A stretch of 63,693 nt of DNA, counting the filler, from Welwitschia mirabilis (lineage: Eukaryota), in the NCBI GenBank assembly GCA_051453625.1. It is 8 parts of one record of this genome, joined end to end, with 100 filler letters (N's around TTAATTAATTAA, not from the genome) between each part and the next. Parts side by side here need not be neighbours in the genome. Positions count along the whole stretch, not along the records: positions 26,215 to 35,054 come from JBOZIK010000001.1; positions 35,155 to 37,377 come from JBOZIK010000001.1; positions 37,478 to 51,365 come from JBOZIK010000001.1; 5 more parts are not named here. One strand, given 5' to 3'. Positions 26,215-39,364 of this stretch are shown here, one piece after another. Every line of letters begins with the position of its first letter. Within the stretch, counting starts at the first letter, position 1. A program made the translations under genes and the position numbers. The notes beneath the pieces were generated by a model, which saw only the letters and a list, made by a program, of their open reading frames with translations, was not told the DNA's origin and ran no database searches.

Positions 26215-26838
26215 GATGTACCTAGCCCTTTTTATAGGTGAAGATAAGTTCAAATGGTTGGGATCTTTTGGATTTTAGTATTAGGTGAGTGGTTATAATT
26301 CTTTGTCGTATAGCATTAGGTAGGATGGTTGGATCTTTCATCTTATAGTGTTTAGTGGAAGTTGTTATAATGAGTTTGAAATGTTACCTTAGGGCCGAAT
26401 TCTTCCATAAACTGGTGCTATTGCCATTTTTTTCCAATGTCATCTCCACATGACATGACCACATGTCACTATGACACACAATTAAAGATAACAATTAATT
26501 TTGATGTAGTAATCAGCTAATCTCACAATCATAAATGACCTGCTTCTCCATGAAAAATCTATGTCATAGGTCTTAAGATAACTACTCTCATTTAGCTAGT
26601 GTTAGCGCACAGGTAATTAGCACCATCAAGTTTTCAACAAAATTAACTCCAATTTATAACATGTAGTCCAAAATGATATAAATTCTTGAAAATTTCATGG
26701 GAAAATGCATAAGATCAAGTATGGCATAGAAAATAGAATAGGACATCTTTTTATGATTAAAATGATTAAATTAATGTCTTCACTATGATAAATTGGCCTC
26801 ATATACTTGAGATAAATGTCAATTTTTACATGTTATCA
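26215..26838 (-). repeat. Family-B-like LTR, right part
   Basis: Ends TACATGTTATCA; homologous to 24090-25015 and to the reverse complement of 7261 onward. Confidence 0.65.
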
Positions 26839-28115
26839 ATGTAAGTTTGATTTCTCTATCTTATCCTTCTTCTCCCATAGTTGCAGAGACTTATAAGAAT
26901 ACGTGGTGAACTATATTCTTGGAATAAATTCATTCTTTCCAATTGATTTGTTCTATGATGTTTTGCCATGTTCTTAAGTTTATTATATTAAAGAAAAAGT
27001 GAGTGTACTTATCCCATCCCTTTAGCCAATTTATATGCTTCTAGTACACCTCTTATTAAGTTCTAATTTTATGCACTTCCCAAAATTTTTAGCACTCCTC
27101 TTCCTATTGGTCCTCTCCTTATTCTTATCCTTTTTTGTATTTCTCTTAAGGTCTAAATTATTTCCTCCTCTTTTTTATTTTGTATCTCCTTTTCCTATTC
27201 CATACTTTTAGCCATTTCTTTGTGCATTGTAATCTTTTATGAAGTGTTATAATTGGGCCTTTTCTAAGAAATCCAACTTCCTTTTATATGCTCTTCTATA
27301 TGTTTTTCTTGAAGCTAGGTATTTTCAATGGAAAACTATGCTCTTTTTCTAGCTTCTTTTCTTAAAGACAAAATAATTAGTCATTGCTTAGAATGTCACC
27401 TCCCTTTCCCATCTAATAGCCATATTGTTTCTCATTTCTTCTACTTAATCCTCTATCACCAAAGTCCATCTATTTTTCATAAGATTTTCTTTTTTATTTT
27501 CCTCCTATCTAATCATGTAAATTTAACTTCATCTATAGGCACATTGATCATGTGAGGTTTTTTGACAGGGTTTCTATCTCCTCAGTTCTTGTCAAGCGCC
27601 ATTTACCTCCTCCTTATTTATCCCATTTAAAATGCATTTGGTTGAAGCCATCTATTATTATGCATTCCTTTTCAACTAAATTTTATCTTAGTTTTCCTCA
27701 AAATACAATTCCTTACCTACTTGCTGTAATGCATTGATGTTAATTAAGTTTTTATTTTAGAAGTTTTGAACCATCTATTTATATCACTTCTTTCATACTA
27801 AATCTCTTCCTTGAAGAGGGCTACTGAGCCTCCTCCTCTCTTAAAGGCTCATTTCCATTTAATATTTTAGTTCTCTTAATATCTTCCAAAGCTATCTTAA
27901 GAAGGACTTCCTGTTTTCTACAAGCATATTATATCTATTTGTGAATTCCCTTAAGGCCTAGTTTCTTAAGGCTATCTAAGTAACCCTGATAGTCTAACTT
28001 ATAATCTTTATTTAGATTTTTTTTTCTTAAAATGTTTTACTAACATCTCTAAAAAGGTTTATAAGATCCATTTGGGATACTTTCTATTACCTCTTTTCCT
28101 TTTGTTCATTTTTGT
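26839..28115 (-). mobile_element. L1a segment 2: ORF1 C-terminus, endonuclease and EN-RT linker
   Basis: Minus strand: WLKGWDKYTHFF (~26995-27030, cf. WLKxGDxNTKFFH), FSIENT*L (~27312-27335, cf. FRFENxWL), KFT*LDRR (~27500-27525), IIDGFN (~27640-27660, cf. GDFN). Confidence 0.7.
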
Positions 28116-28119
28116 CGCT

Positions 28120-29452
28120 GCTAAACAAAAACTATAAGTTTAGGAGAAAGTGATCTTTGATTATGACATAAGGGAATAGAAGTGCTTCAAGGATCTAATT
28201 GATTTGCCCAATACTCCACCTTTTCTCCAATGATTCTTGTATCTTGAAATACACTTACAATAATCAAGTCATTAAGGATTGACATGGATGCATAATTGCA
28301 TCCACCACATAAGTGTTGATAAGTAATTTAGTCTTGATTATACTTCACAGCCCTTCATAAGCATAGAAAGCATGAATCAAAATGCACAAGATCTATCAAA
28401 CAATGGGAACTATAAATCACAAAAGTAACCTTTAATAACTCACTCAATGTGAAAGAACTTAATAATTGAGTAAGCTTTACCTAAAGATTGCTGATACTTA
28501 TCTTTATGCATTAACAACAAAAGAATGAAATCTAGTCAAGAACTAGTTTTATCTAAAGATTTCTAATGCTAACTGAATTATGCAGTAACAATAAAAGGAT
28601 AAAAATCAATTTTTTTATTGAAACTAAAAGTATACATTACATTAAATTGAAAAAGCTAAAGAACAAGGGCTCCTCAACTAGCCTTGGATCATTTTGCCCA
28701 AAAACAATGATCAGAGTATCATCACATCCTAAACTCCAAGTATTTCTCACATTAAGCCAACTAGAAGATGTTTATAATGGGCACGCAAAGCCCTTTTATA
28801 GATGAAGAAAGGCTTAAATACCTTTATCATGATCACTTTAGGTGTTGTTATGATGTGTTGGGTGGGCTGTTACATAAGGGGGTTTACTTAAGGATGATTG
28901 CTTAAGGAGGAAGTTATAAGTTTTTAGCATGTAGCCATAAAGATTCTCCATCTTCTTATTCAAGCTTAGTGATTACATGCCCTTTGACTACTGATGATGC
29001 TACCAATAGATGCCAAGTCATTCATCTTCCATGTGGTCATCCTTGTTATGCCACATATCACCATGATGTGTCCTCTTATACTTCTACCAAGTGTCATCAG
29101 GTTTGAGGATTTATTCTAGATTATTTTTGATTTATCCTATAAGTTAATTATTTTGAACTTCCCAAATTAATGCAAGAATATGAGTTTTATGCAAGTTTTT
29201 CTCAAAAGACCAATGGTGTTGATAGTCCTAGCTGATAACACTACTGTTGTTTGCCGAGTTATCACCAACTTTTGTAATGTTCTTTAAAATCTAGCAATGA
29301 ACCTGCTAATATTAGGAGAAAGCTCATATATACATGAAAACATAATAAAAAGTATGGAAGACATTATTTTATGATAAATCAATGAATTAAATGTCTTTTT
29401 CTAAGCCTTTATTTAACTTTATCTATATAAGCATAAAACCTCATGCATACCA
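28120..29452 (-). repeat. Family-B LTR, probably solo or truncated, inside L1a ORF1
   Basis: Reverse complement of the split LTR at 7261-7731 plus 12372-13090; ends CATGCATACCA; no TSD recognised. Confidence 0.65.
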
Positions 29453-30280
29453 TTATTGTTATGCTAAGAATTACTAGATCTAATTTGATGAAATCTTTAA
29501 ACTATGCTAGCAATTCTTGAATGAACACATAATTCCAAATGGTTAGGATTATTCCTTAAAACCTTATCCAAATTGGTACTTTCTATGGGAAAAAGAATTC
29601 AAAGTCCTTCCTTAAGGTTAGGCCTCACACACCAAAGAAACCAAGGGCCTCTTACCATTATGTTATCTAGATCACCTTTAGACTCAGACCTGAACAACAT
29701 TGAGCCCTCTAGCAGAGCAATGACTTGAAATATCTAGATGTTCATCTAACTTAATGCTGCCTAGATCCATATTGCTTTCATGCTTAGATGAGGTCCTCAT
29801 AAAACAAATCAACTTATTAAGATAAACTTCAACCTCTCCCCTACATTTACATATTGCTAAAATAATGCTTTTAATTTGAATCTTTCCCTTTCCATGATAA
29901 TTTTCATAACTAAAGAAGCCATCTAAAAGATCTATGTAAAAGCATTAACTTACATGAAAATGTATCCCAGACAAGTCATTACTGCACCTACCACACATAG
30001 GACTAGGCCTGAGCCCTTCTTCCTACCTTCTCTTCTATACTTTCCTAGTAGGTCTTCTTCCCTTCTTTCCATCCCTTGCCACTTTTGCTTCTAATTACTA
30101 TCAGAGAGTGTGCTAGCTTCCAAAGACCCGTTTGTACAAGAAGAATTCTTGGAGGCTTTTCAACTTACTTATCTCCACCTCCTTTACTTTCTTATAGCAC
30201 TCCACACATTTTTTGCTGCTCCTATCAGTTGTGCTCCCCCTCTCTCACTTTAACCCTAGCCTCCTCGCCTTGCTCTACCA
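29453..30280 (-). mobile_element. L1a segment 1: plant L1 ORF1 (DUF4283-like region)
   Basis: Minus strand GPWF (~29637-29650), KVPIWIRF*GIILTIWN and IKLD (~29475-29582), cf. GPW..VPVWIR..LP..W. Confidence 0.65.
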
Positions 30281-30339
30281 CTTTTGAAAAATTAGATTTT
30301 AATATGACTATAAATAATAATTATGTTGATGATAACAAA

Positions 30340-32850
30340 AATTGATGGAGAGGACTAAAGAAAAAGTCAATCTAGGGTTTAGGTAAGAGGATGAGATCAA
30401 GGGTGATAGGCACAAAGTATGGCCTAGGTGATAGGCACAAAGTATGGCCCATGAAGGCCTATATGCAAGAGGCAAAAGTCTTTTTTTAAAAAATTTTTCT
30501 TTTGAAAGACAAAGAGGAAAAATCAACAAAGGATATAAGAGGAGTGAAGTGGAGCAATTGCTTAGTGAAAAAGTGTTGGAGCAGCTTAGAAGAAAAAAGG
30601 TCAAGTCATACTATTAATGTTGCAGGTTCAGCAGAGGCATGTTGATAATGAACTCCATTCAAGTGAATTCCCCTTTTTAGTCTTTGTAGATGAATTCATG
30701 TTGTATAAGATTCTTCCAAGATGGAAAAAAGTTCAAAATAAAAGCCTCTCCCAAGTACTACACACACATAGAGAAGAGGCTAAGGCTTAACTTAATTGAT
30801 AGATTCATTTCATCTAGACCTTGTCCAAGTATGAAAGTGATTATAAAGTAAGTTATATGAAGGTGAACAAGAATCTCAGCAATTCATATTATAGCACTCA
30901 AAGAGGATTTAGTGTTGCAAATAATTAAATCTAAATAGAATTAAATTGTATAGTGGTAAGATAACCCTAGTTTTTTGTGCATTATATTTGGCCTTGACAA
31001 TATAAAACCACCGGAGGAATTCAAAAAAGGTATTTCAGAAACTATCAATCTAGGTCAGGCTGAGAGGAATAAGTTTAATACTATAGAATTAGGTTTTTAA
31101 ATAGGAAATTTCAAAATAGTCTGGAGACAATATCAAGCTATACCTTGTAACATTTAGAAAGATAAGAATCATGCTAACAAGGTTCTATGCTTAGATTGAT
31201 CTAAAACTAACAAAAACTCTAAAGAGTTCAAACTCAATTCAAATATTTGGAACTAATAGAATAAACTTAGAATATTAGGACCTACCTATTCCATGAAATT
31301 ATTGTAAAATAATGAAGCATATAGAAACATATTACCTTAAGCTAAAGGAACATGTTTGCAAAAAGTGGAAAGGACAGGACATATCTCCTAGGAATATGAA
31401 AGTATGGCCTATAAGGTTTGTGGAAAGCATGGACACATGAAAAAAGAACGTAGGTACAAAAAAGATAAGGATGACTTCCAACCACTTTTGAAAAGAAGAT
31501 TATTAAATACAATGATTAAACCATAAAGTAAAAGTGAAATAAAATTTTGCAAGTGAACCAAGCCCCTCAATGTAACAAAAAGAGAATTAACCCTCAACCC
31601 CTTTTCCCCATAAGCAAAAACTAGTCAAAAGGATAGAAGTCAAAACATTTCCTCAAATAGATTCTTTGCCTTAGATAGTAGTGGCTTAGACAACTTGTTT
31701 ATAGTCCAAAAATGGAAAGAAGCCAAGGAAGGGGGGGAAAAAGTGGGGAGACCACTAGGTACTATCAAATCAAAAAGGGAAGAAATGGAAAATATTGCAA
31801 ATGGAGCTAAAAAAACCCTTTTGAAAATGTTAGTGAAGATCTCCAAAAGACAAACCAGATGAGGATTATGAGTTGGAACATTAGTAGCATCCAAACTACC
31901 CAAAAAAAAAATAAGAACAAAGACCAAGCATTAAGAAAACTTTCCAAAAGCTTCAGCCTAGATATAATATGTTTATAAGAAACAAAAACTCATTCAAAGG
32001 CTTGTTTTAGAAGACATAAAGAAAACTAAAACATTAAATATAAACCAAGTCCAGAGAAGGCACGAGGTATTGCAACTTTCTTTAAGAAGGAAATACAATA
32101 TAAAAGAATCAAAAGAAACAAGTAGCTACCAATGTTTAAAGATGGCTCCATGGAATATTGGTGCCTTACAATTTCAATTGACAAAACTAAAGGAATAAAC
32201 TAGGAGTATTAAGATGAAGATAAACTAGATTAAGAAATAACTATCCATGTACAAAACATCAAAATACCATAGAGAATCGAAAGATAAAAATGAACTCCAT
32301 TTTTAACCAATGAACTATGATCGTATATTGTGGAATGATGAATTACTCAAACTAACATTAGTAATATATAGGAAATGTGGATGTTGGAGATGTTATACCA
32401 ATATCTATAGAAACATTAATAACAACGCTATGAAACTAGGAAGTTAATAGCATAGTCAATGCATTGTTGTTCTTGTTCAATGAACACAATGTTCATCAAC
32501 CACTAAAATATCATGTTCAAGGGTCAAAAGAGAATAACAATAAATGTTTTCCTCCATAACAAAACATGAAGAGCCACTTTACTCCTTAATTCATGAAACA
32601 CTGTTAAATGAAATAAGTTCTAATGTCATCATAATTGTTTTTTTCAATAAATAATATGGATATATATTTAAAATGTACATTTTTCAAAAATTAATATAAG
32701 ATGCTTTGCTAGGTTTGAAAATAAATATCTTATTAAATCAAAGCAAGGTTTTACTATACATGAAGAATGGATGTTAAACATAGAAGGTGTCCATATATTG
32801 GTTATAACATGTCATAAAGACACAGATTCTATAAGGCCAATAAGCAATTA
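30340..32850 (+). mobile_element. Second degenerate L1 (L1b): ORF1 with zinc knuckles and endonuclease remnants
   Basis: SI*VRLRGISLIL (~31045-31085), LEY*DLPIP (~31267-31293), KVCGKHGHMKKER (~31413-31451, cf. CxxCGxxGH), DRILWND (~32319-32340, cf. LDRxLxN). Confidence 0.65.
30402..30449 (+). repeat. Short tandem duplication with 25-bp period
   Basis: GGTGATAGGCACAAAGTATGGCC occurs twice, separated by TA. Confidence 0.9.
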
Positions 32851-35154
32851 TTTGATTAAGGCATTCTGTATTATTTGTAATATAATAATATATGGAGAGC
32901 ATCTCCGATTAACCCCTTGTCATAGTATCAACCATAGTAAAAGATAGGCCCAAGTCATTAATATTAAAGGGGAGAAAGATCATATTTCATAAAAGAGTGG
33001 ACATGAAACGCACACTAGTCTACAGTTATTTATATGAATAGTTATTCATTTCTTCTTTCAAAAAAGAAAACTATTTCTACACTTCCATTGATAGCTATAA
33101 TAGTATATTTTTCATATATTTCCTATAAAACAAATCTCAAACTCTTAATAATTTAATGTTTTTCATGCACTAATTGAAAAGTAAAATTCCTTGACTTAGC
33201 ATGAAGTAATATTGATGAGTATTGTGCTCAACTTAAGGGGCTTCATCAAGGTAAATTCCTTAGAATAAGTCATGCCTCTTAATCTAGAACAACTTATGAA
33301 ACCTAAAGAAGTTATTGAAGAAGTTGTTAAACCTACTATGAAAGACATACAAGAAGCTCCTATTACTAATGAAGTTGTGAATGAACCTATGAAACCCAAA
33401 GTAGAGGTGAAGCAACTATTTAAATCCCCCACATAAAATCTTATTATATAAAATGGAACACAAATTTGCCTTATGTATCTACCTTTTAAATATTATTTTT
33501 GCTGAGGTATTAAAAGATGAAATTGTGCAAAGTTTTTTATTTTTATTATTTTATAACTTCATTCAACAATAGAAGAAATTCTAGTACAAAACAAATACCT
33601 AAAGTAATAAGTCATCTTCCAAATAACAAAATCTTTCTAAGTGCCAAAGAAATTATTTACTAGTCTAAAAGAAATAAATTTGAAGCTGAAGTAAAATGAA
33701 GTAATATAATATCTAGCTACCAATATAATTCCTTAATGAAATAAGATACTTAAAAACTATGTATGATGAAATTTCCTAGTAATAACGACTATCCCCTTGC
33801 CCATGTGTCACTACAGGGGTTCAGGGGTACTGCGTCCCAAAGAGCCATAGAATGTTACCATCTTACTAATTCCTAAAGGAAGAACTAAGGATAAAATAGT
33901 TTTTAAAGATGATGAGCAAAGTGAAGAAAGATAAAGTTAAAAAGATGAAGATCAAACAATTCTAGTTGAAATGAAAATCTAAAATAAGTGTGAAACTAAG
34001 TTAAAATTAAAAGGTAGTGTTAAACAAGTTAACATAATTTATTCAATAATTTTAACTTGATTAATGAAACACAAAATGACCTGTTTCATTACACATCTAA
34101 AAGATGCAATCCTTTCTTCTTGGTAAAACATTATATAAGCTAAAGATTATTCATTTAAAATATATCATTAAAGATGAAGCAACATATCTAAAGTTAGATG
34201 AATTATCATGAAACATCTAAAGTCAACAAGCTTGAGCAAGATTTAGGCAAGTAGTTGATCCATGAAACACTTACTTCAGATACTATTTGTGATGAGGTTT
34301 TAGTCTTAATCATTATTTATTTAATTATTTTTAAATAACATTTAAAACTTCAATAACATAATTCCTTTACTCCTTATTTTTGCTATGCATGAAACATCTT
34401 AAATTTGTACACACAATTCTAACACAACATTGCAACATTTCTACTCCAAATTCCTAGTAAGTCTAAAGCTCTAAGTGGTTCTATAATGCATTGTGTCATC
34501 TAAACGTTCCCACGTTACTTACCGTGTTACGAGGATGGGCTTTCCTTGCAACTTGTGCAAGCTTAAATTGTCATATAATGGCTACAACAAGCTCCTTGAT
34601 AGGCGTATTTGTGTGGTAAAATATTTTTTATTGTCAACTATCCATATGTACTATTGTGTGGTAGTAATAACTTCTTCCACCATTAACTTAATTTTCTTCC
34701 AAGACACTAGCATGTGAAGAAACTCCTTTGCTACCACCATAGCTAAATGGCGTGACTGAAAAAATGTTGAGTGATTTCATCCTCCTACATTCTTATCTAT
34801 TTTTCTTTCTTTCCCACTCTCCAAGTCTAAGCCTGCATCCTCTGAGCCATTGTTTTCTAAAATAGAAAACCTATTAGGTGAGCTATTCTTAGCTTTATCG
34901 AATTTGGCACTTTACATTAGTGGAGGAGTCTCCTTTTCATTGCACTAAGGAGCTTGGATCTCTACTTGAATCCTTTTATAACTCTTTATTTTGGGAGTTC
35001 ATGATGTTTTTGTTTCCCTTCCATGCATAACTAGCAGGAAGTACATCCTTATCTNNNNNNNNNNNNNNNNNNNNNNNNNNNNNNNNNNNNNNNNNNNNTT
35101 AATTAATTAANNNNNNNNNNNNNNNNNNNNNNNNNNNNNNNNNNNNNNNNNNNN

Positions 35155-37377
35155 AGACACACATTTATGCATAATTTGATCTTTGCAATGCCTATAAAGA
35201 TGTGGCTCATTCCATTTATAGTCACCGATCCTATGGAGAAAAGTTTTTCGTTGATTATGATTCCAATGCTGAGGAGTTTTTATAGTTACTAGATAATTGA
35301 TGATGTCAGCATACCAAGGAGTGGAGTGAGAGGAAGAGATAGCATATAATTGTTTATTTGCAAAGAGTTGCTCATTGAGAAAGGAGTCATTAATCGGAGC
35401 TTCATCAATGGAGCAAGTAAATCGAGAAAGATGGTCGGCCATACTATTATGTTTCCTAGCTTTATCAATGATGGTAAGATTAAATTCTTGCATTAAAAGT
35501 ATCCATCTAATAAGTCTGGCACTTGAATATTTTTTTTATTACGAGATAATGGATGGTCGTGATCTGTGTAGACATTGATGTGAAAGCCAAGAAGATAATG
35601 TCGAAGATGGTCCAAGCAAAAATTGATAGCAAGCATTTCTTTCTCAGTGGTAGTATAGTTGGATTGAGTACTTGTCAAAGTTTTGCTAAGGTAAGATATG
35701 AATTTGAATCCATTCTCATATTTTTGACCTAGAACCCCCTCATAACAATATTGCTTGCATCACACATAAGTTCAAAGTTTTTATTCCAATCAGAACCTAT
35801 GACAATAGGTTCAGAAGAGATTTTATCCTTAAGAGTTTCAAAAGGCAGTTGGTAAGAATCAAACCATTCAAATTTGACATCTTTTTCAAGTAGAGAATGG
35901 AGTGATTTATAAGTTTTAGCATAGTCATGGATGAATAGACAGTAGAAACTGGCATGTCCAAGGAAAGATCAAATTTGTTTGACATTTGTTGGAGGGTTAA
36001 GGTTTTTAATGATATCTACTTTCATGGGGTCCATCTTAATCCCTTCTTTTGAAATATGGTGATCTAAAACAATTCCATGTTGAACAAGAAAGAAACTCTT
36101 TTCCCAACTTAAATGTAATCCACTTTCAATACATTTATCAAGGACTTTTTCTAATCTTAACATAGTTTGTTTGAAAGTATCACCAAAGATGGAAAAATTG
36201 TCCATAAAGATTTCTATAGAGTCTTCTATCATATCAGAAAAGATTCCCATCATGGCTCTTTAGAAAGTTCCAGGGGCATTGCAAAGTCCAAAAGGTATTC
36301 ATTTAAAAGCAAAGGTTCCAAAGAAAGATGTAGAGGTGGTTTTAACTTGATCTTCATTTGCTATGTAAATTTGATTATAGCCACTATACCCATCAAGAAA
36401 ACAATAGTAAGCATGACCTTGAATTCTATCAAGAACTTGATCAAGAAAAGGCTAAGGGCAATGATCTTTTTTGGTAACCTCATTGAGTCTTCTAAAGTTG
36501 ATGCACATTCTCCATTTTCCTTTTTTCTTTGGTACTATAGTTAACGGATTAACCCACTCAGTATTAGATATGGCATAAATAATCCTGACATCCATAAGTT
36601 TAATGATTTTCTCTTTGACAACTTGTTTAAGGAATGGATTTAGTCTTCTTTGGGGTTACCTAACAGGTTTTTCATTGTCCTCAAAATAGATTTTATGCTA
36701 AACTATGGAAAGAGGAATGACATCTAAATCTTTATAAGTCCAATCAAAGGCATTTTTCTTTGACTCTAAAAGTAAAGTTAAGCCCGATTCTTGTTGAGGA
36801 GTAAGATTGTCATTGATTATCAAAGGTTTCATTTGATTTTCAAATAAAAATATGTATTTAAGGCCTTTGGGTAATTTTTTAAGATCATGGGTGTTAAGTT
36901 AGTCTGTCGTCCTGTCTGTCGTGAGGACGACGCAAAGGGGACGACACTCCTCAAAGAGTTTTTCTATAGAATAAAGATGTTGGGTTTCTTCCTTATCCTC
37001 AAAAATTTCTTTCTCAGATTAAAAATAATGTATTTCAGTTGGGTTATCATATACAGTTGGCTTATAAAGCATAATTAATCTCTCCTCTATGGGTTGATGT
37101 TGTAAGAATAAAGTTGGTCTTAAATCATATTCAATATTAAAACTAGTGCCTGTGTCTTTTTCAGCAGCATCAAAAACCCTAATAGTAATTTCTTTATTGT
37201 TAAAATGATATCTCATCATTCTGGATCGAGTGTCAACGATATAATGGGCTATAGCACAAAAGGCTCTTCCTAGAAGTAGTGGATACCCTCCATCATGCTT
37301 TATTTCAATTATGACCACATCTATGGGGTAAAAAGCTTCCTCAATTTGGATGACTAAGTCCTTGATGATTCCTAATG
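35155..37377 (-). pseudogene. pol: Best-preserved Athila-like pol (A5): protease C-terminus, RT, RNase H; frameshifted
   Basis: GYPLLLGRAF, FLDGYSGYNQI (~36368-36400), PFGLCNAPGTF, IEIFMDNFSIFG (FMDD>FMDN), LSWEK, LMCDASN, NYTTTEKEMLA, PWYADIINYL. Confidence 0.93.
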
Positions 37378-37477
37378 NNNNNNNNNNNNNNNNNNNNNNN
37401 NNNNNNNNNNNNNNNNNNNNNTTAATTAATTAANNNNNNNNNNNNNNNNNNNNNNNNNNNNNNNNNNNNNNNNNNNN

Positions 37478-37553
37478 ATCAAAAACCTGTATGAATGTCC
37501 TGCAAAGATACTCAAAATACACCATCAAATTCCAACAAATTGGCATCGCAACA
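37478..37553 (-). repeat. Outer end of a family-A 5' or solo LTR
   Basis: Ends TTGGCATCGCAACA with no PPT after it; next bases are ACGGA. Confidence 0.75.
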
Positions 37554-38466
37554 ACGGAATCTATAATAAGCAATAAATAACCCAAATGCAGCAAAGTGAA
37601 AAACTAAAACTATTTCTAAAGAACCTCTATGATAACAATAGTGATGAATTTTATTATTAACTATTTTAAGATGGGTTTATAAAACTCCAATTTTTTAAAT
37701 AAATAAGCTAATAATGTTTTGGGATAAAGAGAATCATTAAAAATACTAAACATGTCTTTAGTTTCTTCAAGGGCAATATGCACTCTACTCAGATTCAAAT
37801 GGTTAAAGAAATGGAATTTAAGATCCAATGAGTCATATATGTAGTTTAAAATCATGTATATTTTTAGAGACCTTAAGCTAAAATAAAATAATTAATTAGT
37901 ATAAGATAAATTTGACTCTAATACCTATTAAAATTCTAATTTAATCAACGAGTTGCATGATTCCTCATCAATGGACCTTAAGGTGTATCTAACTCATTTG
38001 ATTTTTAAAAATCTTTCTAAGAGTTATTACTTTAAATCTGATTATGATAACTTATGAAATTAAGAAGAATATCTTGAAGAGTCTTGAAAATCTTGATTTG
38101 AAAGCTTATAAAGCTTGATTTAAATATATTAGATACCTTTAACACCTATGAAAATAAAATATTCATGGTAAAAGTAGATAAGAGACAAGTAAAATTACAA
38201 AAAACATCATTATAATCAAAGAAGAATGAAATAAATATAAGAGAAGAAAAAGAGAAAAGAATTACCTTATTAAAAAGAAAAGATAAGTTAAAATAAGGTA
38301 AAATTACCCACCTCTCTTTTATTTATAAGAGGAGGAGTGAATTTTGTACTTGAGTTAAATACAAGTGAAATGAAACTAATGCACAACTATAGTAATACTT
38401 CAATTAAGACTTGATTTGACCTTGATTTAGATCGATCTGATAGATCTAACCTATTGATTATATACA

Positions 38467-39038
38467 TAGTATAGGACATCATGGTTCTACTTTTGGATCA
38501 ATGAAAGATCATAGATTTAGTATAGAGTGCCATGATTTCATTTCTATTTTAATGAAATGTTATAGAGTTGGTATAAGTATTATGATTCTATTTCCAAATT
38601 AATGGAAGAATATAGATCTAGTGTAGGAGGATATTTTTTTATTTTAAACTTATTAAAATATTATAGCTCTAGTATAGGATGCCATGAATCTATTTCTAGA
38701 TTAATGGAAGTTCATAAATATATCATAAACTATTATAATTTTGTTTTAGGTCAATGAAACTTATAATATTAACATAAGATGTTATGGTCTTTTTATTTAT
38801 TAATGAAAGGTCATAAATTTGGATAAGACATCATGATTATATTTCTAGGGCCATAGATCTTAGATAAGGCATCATAATTCTATTTCTAGATTAATAAAAG
38901 GTCATAAATCTAGTATAGAATGTCTTAATACTATTTATGAATTAAACCACATGATCTAATTCTATATTAACAAAAGAGAATAGATTTAGTATAGGATGTC
39001 ATGATTTTATTTTTAGATTAATGGAAGGTTATAACTCT
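38467..39038. repeat. Degenerate tandem array with ~51-bp unit, about 11 copies
   Basis: Unit starts at 38467, 38518, 38569, 38619, 38670; approximate consensus TAGTATAGGATGCCATGATTCTATTTCTAGATTAATGGAAGGTCATAGATC. Confidence 0.85.
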
Positions 39039-39364
39039 ATGATTGTTTCTTATAAATCTATGATTGTCCCTTAGGAGAACATTAATGAAGTATATCTTAA
39101 TTTATTAATTAAACCTATAGCACATGACACACCCCAGTAGAGGGTGCAATTCAAATGTCATAAACTAGTTAATCAAATGAAGGAATATTAATAGATTATT
39201 TTAATTTAAAAGAAAGATATATCATTGTTTTTGGTATTTTTAATAACTCAATAAGAAAATCGATAATGCAAATGAATGGAATGCAATGGAGATGAGAATT
39301 AATGGATTAAAAATGTAATATCCTAAATGTAATTAATTAACCAATTTACTAACTTGTTATCATT

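Noticed and set aside
33196..33432. Short ORF and the opposite-strand Glu/Val/Pro-rich frame
   Set aside because: Low-complexity sequence with no recognisable domain or gene structure.
34690..35054. Possible copia integrase (LNGVTEKM, + strand) or L1 ORF1 (NRFSIL, - strand) fragment
   Set aside because: Each is a single short motif with no supporting neighbours.
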